Assembly (NCBI GenBank): GCA_038064835.1
Contig: JBBTSD010000007.1
Coordinates: 4,893 to 68,892 of the forward strand
From: Patescibacteria group bacterium
GTDB taxonomy: Bacteria > Patescibacteriota > Minisyncoccia > Phycocordibacterales > UBA2100
DNA length: 64,000 bases
Direction of reading: 5' to 3'
Below the pieces are notes generated by a model. The model made no database searches. It was not told the DNA's origin and worked only from the letters and a program-made list of their open reading frames with translations. Positions within the stretch are counted from its first letter, which is position 1. Each line of letters opens with the position of its first letter. A program made the translations under genes and the position numbers. Positions 57,133 through 64,000 of this stretch are shown piece after piece.

Positions 57133-58653
57133 TCAGCTACTGCAGGTAGGAGCGGTTGTCCAATAGCCATAGTTACCACTCGGGCAGAAATGGCACTGGG
57201 CTTGACCGGGGACACAGTTGCCCGGATAGGTGGTAGGCGATGGTATGTTCACCGATGACCGTTCCCACGCTTTGTTGCGACATTCCCACTGAGGAAGAAC
57301 CTGGTCTTGGACTGAGCATAAGTTCACATAGGCGCCGAGACATAGGTGATCAATATCACGCCCTTCAGTATGTGTCCCTTCTGGGTACAAGCCAGCCGCA
57401 TATTCACATCCGCGCGCAAGAATCTGATCTCCTCCTGCTGGGATGGTTGGGATGTATGGCTGGTATGTCGACTGTCCGGTTGTTGTACTAGTAAATCCTC
57501 CGTAAGTCACCACGACATCAGCGTAATTTTGCGGAGCAGTAAGAGATTCGGCGTTGTAGTTTGCTTTCCAGCTACCACCGTCGTACCACAGTCGCGCACC
57601 AAGGAATGGACAGAAGGTGCTGCAGTACCACACGCCGCTCGAGCATCTAAACCACGGCAAAACGCTCCTTCCAAAGTATTTTTTCCCTGTTATGTATTGC
57701 TCGGAAAGGAGCGTTCCTGCCGCACGGTCACCAGCACCGGTGCGACACGCATTTCCGCTCGCCATAAGCAAAACTTCGCTCAGATCCTTGGCACCAAGAA
57801 CGGAACCTTCAACAGAGCCCACACTACACAGACCATACACAAATCGTTCATGTCCCGAAAGAGTGCCGTTATCGCATGTTCGCTGTGCTGAAACACGCTC
57901 GCAGGAGTCACCTGGGGGAACACGATCTGTTGCATAGAGTGTTGCTGTCTGCTGATGTTTGACGGTCATGGACCCAACCTTACATGAAAACGGCCCTTCA
58001 TTTGAACATTCCGCGAACCGGAATTCGATCGGCCCAGCTAGAGTACCTGTATTGCAAGTGCGTACTTGCGCGCGATCCTTGCATGAATCTTCTCCCCCAC
58101 TCTTTTGCAATGCATAGAAAACCCGCGACTCTCCATCAGCCAACACAACACCTCCTACAGCACAAGTGGTAGCAGATTTTAAACACTGTTCTCGCATCGC
58201 GGCACGGGTCTTAGGACCAAGCACTCCATACCCCGTCGTGTCGGGTGTTCCTGAGGAAACTATTTTGTATACAAACTGCCATTTTTTGAGAGCCGCTTCT
58301 GTTCCTCTACCAAAATAGCCAGTCATGTAATCAGGGCTTTCAGGGCTACCTGCCGCCGCAAGCAAAAATCGTTGCAGCTCTCTCACATCGTCGCCGCGCA
58401 TACCAAACCGAAGTCTCCGTGTTCCCTCGAGACACATCGGTTTCTTCTTCGGTCCAGTGATTGATCCATACCCTTCGGTACTCGTCGCATTACCCGTCGT
58501 TTCGGTGGCGGTGGCCTGTGACTGCAGCGTCGTCAGCTGGGACTGTAAGGTTGCAATTTGCTGTTGAATCTCTTCGGCAGTTACTGCATACGAAAAAGAA
58601 CCTGGTGTAACAAACGCTATGGCGAGTACAAACACTACGATAGTTTGGTGCAT
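57133..58653 (-). CDS. Secreted peptidoglycan-binding protein with Cys-rich repeats
   Basis: Signal peptide, coiled coil, LRFGMRGDDVRELQRFL..TGYFG..T..AL..WQ..GPKTRA PG-binding domain. Confidence 0.8.
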   Translation of the reverse strand: MHQTIVVFVLAIAFVTPGSFSYAVTAEEIQQQIATLQSQLTTLQSQATATETTGNATSTEGYGSITGPKKKPMCLEGTRRLRFGMRGDDVRELQRFLLAAAGSPESPDYMTGYFGRGTEAALKKWQFVYKIVSSGTPDTTGYGVLGPKTRAAMREQCLKSATTCAVGGVVLADGESRVFYALQKSGGEDSCKDRAQVRTCNTGTLAGPIEFRFAECSNEGPFSCKVGSMTVKHQQTATLYATDRVPPGDSCERVSAQRTCDNGTLSGHERFVYGLCSVGSVEGSVLGAKDLSEVLLMASGNACRTGAGDRAAGTLLSEQYITGKKYFGRSVLPWFRCSSGVWYCSTFCPFLGARLWYDGGSWKANYNAESLTAPQNYADVVVTYGGFTSTTTGQSTYQPYIPTIPAGGDQILARGCEYAAGLYPEGTHTEGRDIDHLCLGAYVNLCSVQDQVLPQWECRNKAWERSSVNIPSPTTYPGNCVPGQAQCHFCPSGNYGYWTTAPTCSS

Positions 58654-58665
58654 GCGGTTAGTATA

Positions 58666-59967
58666 TCAATTCTGCACGGCTCTATGCGCCACTTCCCCAA
58701 TGTCCCCCGCACCCATAACTACAACGACTGAATCTGATTTGTACGAAGAAATCTTTTGGGCGAGCAGGTCACGACTTTCCACATATGACACATTCGGATT
58801 GCGAGCATGTATACCAGTCACCACCATCTGACTTGTGATTGTTCCCGGATCTTTTTCACGGGCCGCATAAATAGGTGCTACCACCACCTCATCTGCCCGA
58901 GACAGGGCGTCTACAAATCCTGCAAACAATTGCTCGGTGCGAGAAAATAAATGTGGCTGAAATACTGCGACTATCCGCTTGTTGGGAAACCGTTCCTGCG
59001 CACCGGCAAGTGTTGCGCGAATCTCGCTTGGGTGGTGTGCATAGTCGTCAAAAACCACAGCGCCATTTTTAGTTTCCCCTTTGTATTCAAATCGACGAGC
59101 GGTCCCTTGGAACGATTCAAGCGCTCTCTGCGCGCGCTCACCGGAAATACCGAGTATATGGGCGGTTGCAAGCGCTACCGCAGCATTTTTTCTATTATGT
59201 TCTCCAGGAATTTTAAGGAGCGGAACCTGGGAAAGAAACTCTTTGTAATCAACGATACGCGCAGACAACCCCGCAACAACGCGTGCAACTGACGGAATTG
59301 TCATATCAGCAACAATCGCACCGTCGCGAGGCACCTTTTCTGCCACCTCACGAAACGCACTTTCAATGTCGGCAAGGTCCTTGTAGTAATCAAGGTGATC
59401 TTCTTCGATATTCGTTATCGCAAGTACAAACGGCGTCAAGTGCGTAAACGATCGTTGATACTCACATGCCTCAACAACAAAAATAGCACTCGATCCATGT
59501 AGATAATTACTCTCCCATTCAGGTACAATCGAGCCAACAATCGCTCGCGGGCTCAAGCCACATGCGGAAAGGACCGTGGCTGTCATTGCGGTAGTCGTGG
59601 TTTTTCCATGCGTCCCTGAAATAGCGATTGTCTGATATGCCTCGGACACATCTCCCAACCCTTCAAAATAGGTAAAAATCGGGACACCTCGGTTGCGAGC
59701 TTCTGCCATAAGCGTGGGAGCATTTTTCTCCCATGCAAGACTATATACAAAAGCGTCGGCATCTACAGGCAGTAGAAGCGGATCGGTGCCAAGGCCAATC
59801 ACCACACCTTGCCCACGCAACGCGTTAAGGGTCTGGGCACTCTCAGAATCGTTTGTGCCGCTGATATGCTTGCCTTCGCGAAGTAATAGACGCGCGAGGG
59901 CTGATATACCAATCCCCCCAATTCCAATCAAGTGGACATGTTTTGCACTCATCAGTACACTCCTCAT
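58666..59967 (-). CDS. murC: UDP-N-acetylmuramate--L-alanine ligase
   Basis: HLIGIGGIGIS, GTHGKTTTT, EACEY, DHLD, DDYAHHP, FQPH, GAGDI. Confidence 0.95.
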   Translation of the reverse strand: MRSVLMSAKHVHLIGIGGIGISALARLLLREGKHISGTNDSESAQTLNALRGQGVVIGLGTDPLLLPVDADAFVYSLAWEKNAPTLMAEARNRGVPIFTYFEGLGDVSEAYQTIAISGTHGKTTTTAMTATVLSACGLSPRAIVGSIVPEWESNYLHGSSAIFVVEACEYQRSFTHLTPFVLAITNIEEDHLDYYKDLADIESAFREVAEKVPRDGAIVADMTIPSVARVVAGLSARIVDYKEFLSQVPLLKIPGEHNRKNAAVALATAHILGISGERAQRALESFQGTARRFEYKGETKNGAVVFDDYAHHPSEIRATLAGAQERFPNKRIVAVFQPHLFSRTEQLFAGFVDALSRADEVVVAPIYAAREKDPGTITSQMVVTGIHARNPNVSYVESRDLLAQKISSYKSDSVVVVMGAGDIGEVAHRAVQN

Positions 59968-59995
59968 AGACATATTGTGCATCAAGGGAGGCATC

Positions 59996-60175
59996 GTGGC
60001 GAACAATTCGATACTTGAGAGTTCTGAATATGCGCGAGCGCGCCGACAGTTCAGAAAGTACGGCTCTCTACCCTCGGACATACCACTCGACCATTACCAA
60101 GAAATCCGCGACGCTTGCGTAGCGGATGCGAAGCAGGGCGATACCCTGGCCCAACAGATGCTCAAATTTCTGTAA
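59996..60175 (+). CDS. 59-aa hypothetical protein between murC and murD
   Basis: AAGGGAGG SD before GTG; MANNSILESSEYARARRQFRKYGSLP...; + strand terminator follows. Confidence 0.6.
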   Translation: MANNSILESSEYARARRQFRKYGSLPSDIPLDHYQEIRDACVADAKQGDTLAQQMLKFL

Positions 60176-60183
60176 CACCGCCC

Positions 60184-60208
60184 CCCCGAGATTATCTCGG
60201 GGTTTTTT
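60184..60208 (+). terminator. Intrinsic terminator
   Basis: CCCCGAGA-tta-TCTCGGGG-TTTTTT; overlaps the murD stop. Confidence 0.75.
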
Positions 60209-61511
60209 CCAATGATTGGGCAGCGTCGCGAAATTGGTCGCCACGATCATACTCATTTTTAAAAATACCGAACGAAGAAAATCCTGGGCTAAGGACAACA
60301 ACCGAATCCTCGCGCGTGAGCAAAAGCGCTTCTTTGAGAGCGTCGGTTACGGAATTACACATCGGGGCATTAAAAAAAATTTCTTTGCATTTTTGCGTAC
60401 CTGTTGCCGATTCATCAAGCAAGACAATGCTAGCGCCTCGCATTTGGATCTCTGCAACCAAAGCGTCGATAGGTATCTTTTTATCAGTACCGCCCATAAT
60501 CATAACTACATGCTTTTCTGGGAATGATCGGAGGGCCGCGAGGGCCGCATCCGGGGTTGTCGCATTTCCGTCGTTGTATATAGGGACATCATTGACAGTG
60601 GCGACCAGCTCGAGCCTCCCGGGCACACCAGGGAATCGCTCGATACTCTCACGAGCAACATCTTGAGAAACCGACAACGCTTCAAGAACACCAAGTGCAA
60701 GCGAGGCATTTTCACGATTATGCTCTCCCAACATGTGTAAGTGCCACGACGCCGGGATTGAATCTGGAACATATGGAGGAATCGTGGGGTGCACAGATTC
60801 AATCCTTGCAAAAATAGATTCTCCCACAACGAGAGTGTCGCCATCTTTTTGATGCAGGAAAATGTGCGCTTTGTCGGAAAAGTATTCCTCTATAGTCGCG
60901 TAATAATTGAGATGATCCTGCATCAGATTGGTAAAAACAGCGACATTCGGGGATATACCCAGATACCCGAATCCCTGCAGTTGCCATGAGTCAAGTTCTA
61001 AAACGGCCATGTCACCTTTTTTTGTTTCAGGGAGCATAGGGAGGGTAGCAACCCCACGAACATTCCCGCCCAAATGAGCCCGCCGCCCTGCATGGATTAA
61101 CCCTTCGTATATCAACTGGGTCACTGTCGACTTGCCTCGTGTTCCTGTCACCCCCACAACAGTCGCAGGTGTATATTTTGCAAAAAGTGCTGTACTCATG
61201 TGAATTGGCACTCCTGCATCCTGTGCGGTTTTTATAAAAGGAGAATTCAACGGGACTCCTGCCGCCTTAATTACCATATCGCAATCTGTAAAATCAGATT
61301 CTCGGTGTTCACCTAAACGGAATGCTATATTTTTATATCCTCTCAGTTTGTCCACTGATTCAGCGAGTTCATTTGATGTTTTCTTGTCGGTTACCAAGAC
61401 ATGGGCACCACATTCGGACAGAAAGGCGGCGTCTCCCGCGCCCCGTCCAAGCAAACCAAGACCCATAAGGGTAATGCGTTTGCCGTGTATCAATGCCTTA
61501 AACTCATCCAT
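60192..61511 (-). CDS. murD: UDP-N-acetylmuramoyl-L-alanine--D-glutamate ligase
   Basis: MGLGLLG, GTRGKST, GGN, LELDSWQL, DHLNYY, LSPGFSSF..F.NEYDRG. Confidence 0.93.
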   Translation of the reverse strand: MDEFKALIHGKRITLMGLGLLGRGAGDAAFLSECGAHVLVTDKKTSNELAESVDKLRGYKNIAFRLGEHRESDFTDCDMVIKAAGVPLNSPFIKTAQDAGVPIHMSTALFAKYTPATVVGVTGTRGKSTVTQLIYEGLIHAGRRAHLGGNVRGVATLPMLPETKKGDMAVLELDSWQLQGFGYLGISPNVAVFTNLMQDHLNYYATIEEYFSDKAHIFLHQKDGDTLVVGESIFARIESVHPTIPPYVPDSIPASWHLHMLGEHNRENASLALGVLEALSVSQDVARESIERFPGVPGRLELVATVNDVPIYNDGNATTPDAALAALRSFPEKHVVMIMGGTDKKIPIDALVAEIQMRGASIVLLDESATGTQKCKEIFFNAPMCNSVTDALKEALLLTREDSVVVLSPGFSSFGIFKNEYDRGDQFRDAAQSLEKTPR

Positions 61512-61527
61512 ACCTGCATTGTATTAG

Positions 61528-61551
61528 AAAAACCCTGCGCACGCAGGGTTT
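61528..61551 (-). terminator. Intrinsic terminator after the SDR gene
   Basis: AAACCCTGCG / CGCAGGGTTT stem with T-tract on the minus strand. Confidence 0.7.
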
Positions 61552-61554
61552 ATT

Positions 61555-62229
61555 TCATTCGGTCACTACTACTTCCACACGCGGTGGCTCGCGCAGAATT
61601 CGCGCAAACCGATACCCATACTCGCCACAATATGCGACAAGAATGTTTTTTGCGACCCACTGCGGATCCAGCATCGTAGCTGTGTCTTTGGGGTCCTTCC
61701 AAAAAGGGGTGTTCATGCCCGCGGGCGCGACCACCATTACTTTCTTGATTCGTTCATCTTCGGCAAGCGAATGCGAAAGCTGGGCCAATGCCGCCTTGGT
61801 CGCCGTGTAGACGGGTTCTCGTTTCCGGGGCACCCACTGTGATGTGGATGATACAGCGATAAAACCATTGAGCACACCCTGCTTCCGCACTATTCTTTGT
61901 ACCAGAAGCGCTGGAGCCACAGATCCCACGGAAAACATGTCGAGGACATCTTCGTCCTTTAACTCGTCAATCAGTCCCTCTTGGTAAAACCCTGCTGCAT
62001 AAACCAACAAATCCACCTGTGGAAGACCGCCACAAAATGCATCGAGCCTACTTGCAAGTTCAGAAAGCGGCGTCAACGGCAAGGAACGAAATCGCACCCG
62101 CGATTTCTTTGGATCGGTCCGCCCTGTCACAATGACTTGATATTTTTTGGCGAGCGCCTGTCCAATTGCAAGCCCCAGTCCGGAACTGCCACCGATAACA
62201 AGCGCATGGGGTTTCGCTTTTACTTTCAC
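61555..62229 (-). CDS. Short-chain dehydrogenase/reductase
   Basis: GGSSGLG, YAAG, YTATK; AGGAG SD 7 nt before GTG 62229. Confidence 0.88.
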   Translation of the reverse strand: MKVKAKPHALVIGGSSGLGLAIGQALAKKYQVIVTGRTDPKKSRVRFRSLPLTPLSELASRLDAFCGGLPQVDLLVYAAGFYQEGLIDELKDEDVLDMFSVGSVAPALLVQRIVRKQGVLNGFIAVSSTSQWVPRKREPVYTATKAALAQLSHSLAEDERIKKVMVVAPAGMNTPFWKDPKDTATMLDPQWVAKNILVAYCGEYGYRFARILREPPRVEVVVTE

Positions 62230-62452
62230 GCACATCTCCTCACACCCTCTTCTCTTCCGAGGCTACCTGCATAAGCAGAGGGTGTCAAACTTACCTTTCG
62301 CAGACCCAGTGTCGCTTCGCTCGTCTGTGGGCACGGGGAGACTCGGGTGTTTGTGGTGTAATTCTTGCCTCTTTAGAAATTCCATCTGAGCGAACAGGCC
62401 GGTGATGCTTTCTCAAATACTTTCTATTTGCTGGTATCTATAACCTCTTTTT

Positions 62453-62539
62453 TGGTGCCGCGGGGGAGACTTGAACTCCCAATCCCTTGCGGGAACTACG
62501 ACCTGAACGTAGCGTGTCTGCCAATTTCACCACCGCGGC
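62453..62539 (-). tRNA. tRNA-Leu(CAG)
   Basis: GCCGCGG acceptor stem, anticodon arm CTACG-TTCAGGT-CGTAG, long variable arm, GTTCAAG T-loop, encoded CCA; TATAAT 8 nt upstream. Confidence 0.97.
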
Positions 62540-62573
62540 ATGATTTGATTATATAGACTATCTCTCGATAATG

Positions 62574-62596
62574 AAAAGGGAGGCCGTGAGGCCTCC
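62574..62596 (-). terminator. Intrinsic terminator after the CSD gene
   Basis: Minus strand GGAGGCC-tcac-GGCCTCC-CTTTT. Confidence 0.7.
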
Positions 62597-62610
62597 TTGG
62601 TAGCGAGCCC

Positions 62611-62904
62611 TCAGGCCGCCACTTTCTCCTTAATTTCTTTTCGGTCGATGACTTCGACCTCCACGGCAGCAAGCTGTGCAGGGTTTGCTCGGCGCTTGCC
62701 GTAGCGCACCTTGATGCGGCCACCATTCTTGGGCCAAATCACCCGCTCCCCGTCCTTGGGGAGATTGGTGATGTGAACGAATATATCCTTGTCGAGCCCG
62801 AACACCGTGGCGAACCCGTAGGACGAGCCTACGCGCCGATAGGTGGCTGGGACCATTTGTTCCGTGATCGAAATCTCATCGACTTCGTTCTGATTGAGAT
62901 TCAT
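62611..62904 (-). CDS. Divergent cold-shock-domain (OB-fold) protein
   Basis: RNP1-like SYGFA, RNP2-like DIFVH, AVEV; AAGGAG SD. Confidence 0.7.
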   Translation of the reverse strand: MNLNQNEVDEISITEQMVPATYRRVGSSYGFATVFGLDKDIFVHITNLPKDGERVIWPKNGGRIKVRYGKRRANPAQLAAVEVEVIDRKEIKEKVAA

Positions 62905-62997
62905 TCCTTAGTCTCCTTGTCGCCAGACAACTGCGTCTGGGCAAATATGACTATATCACACTAATATGAAAGTACAATAGAGCCGAACCCCCCGTCG

Positions 62998-63774
62998 CTA
63001 GAGAAGTTGGCTGGTGACTGCAAGACCTTGTCCGTCGTTTGCACCAATGGTCACTTGCTCTACCGAGTCGTCATGATAAGTGAATGAAAAAACCAATTCG
63101 TTTCCATCAAGACGCCCTGAGGCGGCGACCCGCCACGCTTCATCTTCTGAAAAAGGCCCGCGAGTAAAAATCCCAACAGGAGTCATCACCGTGAGTTGCC
63201 CCGTACTCGGATCGAACGACATGAGCCCTTGCTCTTGCCAACGCGCAAAGACCTCGAATGCTTTTGGTGCGATCCACACACGGTCGGTTATTTGGTCAGC
63301 TTCGTCATCGAAAGTTTCGTAAGCATACACAGCACCATCCACCTCACTCATTGGATAAGTAACAGAGCTTGCGGATGGGTCTACCAAATAGCCCTGCTCA
63401 TCAATAAAAAAAGGGTCTCCCTGGACAGAAAATGCTGAGCTTGAGCTATCAGTATAGTAATCGTTCTGCCCTGCCATACCCGGAATAATCAAACCCCCCA
63501 TCAAAAGCAGTGCAACGAGTGCCCATGATATTTCGCGCGTCATCCACGGATGGTCCGCTTTGTCGTCGGCGCATGATTTACAATCAATATATTTTGAAGC
63601 GGCAATCACCGCCCATCCTGCAAACATGGCAATACCCACCGTGAGAAGCGCCGGCCACCACAAATCTTCCGGAAGAATCCCCCATCCTGAAAGTGCCGCA
63701 ACAGCACTCATAAGGGCGACAGTCCCGATAATAATACCTACAGCGATGTTGTGGATGTGTTTGATAATTTCCAT
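62998..63774 (-). CDS. Membrane protein, 3 N-terminal TM helices plus acidic extracellular domain
   Basis: Hydropathy; TGG-TACACT-N6-ATG start. Confidence 0.7.
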   Translation of the reverse strand: MEIIKHIHNIAVGIIIGTVALMSAVAALSGWGILPEDLWWPALLTVGIAMFAGWAVIAASKYIDCKSCADDKADHPWMTREISWALVALLLMGGLIIPGMAGQNDYYTDSSSSAFSVQGDPFFIDEQGYLVDPSASSVTYPMSEVDGAVYAYETFDDEADQITDRVWIAPKAFEVFARWQEQGLMSFDPSTGQLTVMTPVGIFTRGPFSEDEAWRVAASGRLDGNELVFSFTYHDDSVEQVTIGANDGQGLAVTSQLL

Positions 63775-63825
63775 ACACCCAGTGTACCAGCAGTACCAGT
63801 GCACAGAATATTTGTTGTGTATAAC

Positions 63826-63849
63826 AAAAACCGCTCTCTATCAGAGCGG
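63826..63849 (-). terminator. Intrinsic terminator
   Basis: Minus strand CCGCTCT-gatag-AGAGCGG-TTTTT. Confidence 0.7.
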
Positions 63850-63999
63850 CTACTGCAGTGGAGTACATTTATAAAATGCAGGCAGTGTAAGCGAACTGGC
63901 GTTGTGCCCATCCCATGCAATTTCTTTATGAATCACCATGTGAGTGAGCTTCGGTTGCCACTGATGCTCGGCAGTGTTCACGACTTTTCCGATTTCATC
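63850..63999 (-). CDS. 3' end of a CDS cut by the window edge
   Basis: Open frame DEIGKVVNTAEHQWQPKLTHMVIHKEIAWDG...TPLQ* ending at a terminator. Confidence 0.6.
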   Translation of the reverse strand, partial: DEIGKVVNTAEHQWQPKLTHMVIHKEIAWDGHNASSLTLPAFYKCTPLQ

Positions 64000-64000
64000 A

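Noticed and set aside
1-64000. Alternative genetic code (TGA recoded to Gly)
   Set aside because: Conserved genes are full-length in code 11 and several (gatB, murC) end at TGA at the expected position

Overview
Gene-dense bacterial chromosome window in genetic code 11. The gene set (TraD/VirD4-like ATPase, lamin-tail/PKD surface protein, DUF4015-like hydrolase, short MetK, few Shine-Dalgarno sites) suggests Patescibacteria/CPR, Parcubacteria-like; this is inference. Left end: gatB, secA, and a spacer holding three tiny minus-strand units (two candidate sRNAs and a 21-aa Lys-rich ORF). About 5-49.5 kb: a large surface-glycan locus with frequent strand switches (ligase/OTase-like, Wzx, 12 soluble or GtrB-type GTs including a GT11, two GT-C-like membrane proteins, two AsnB amidotransferases, four methyltransferases, ColD/E1-type dehydratase, GDP-mannose 3,5-epimerase, three nucleotide-sugar dehydrogenases). 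It also embeds prs and a SAM-I riboswitch-controlled metK. Right end: surface/secretion genes, rsmI, murA/murC/murD, tRNA-Leu(CAG), a cold-shock-domain protein. The most striking window-wide signal is that about 29 genes carry a -10 hexamer (TANNNT, often with TGn) mostly 6-7 nt before the start codon and no SD, implying per-gene leaderless transcription, with compact bidirectional promoters. Many start codons below were moved from the ORF track on that basis. No CRISPR, transposase or prophage seen. All calls are by eye; no database searches were run.
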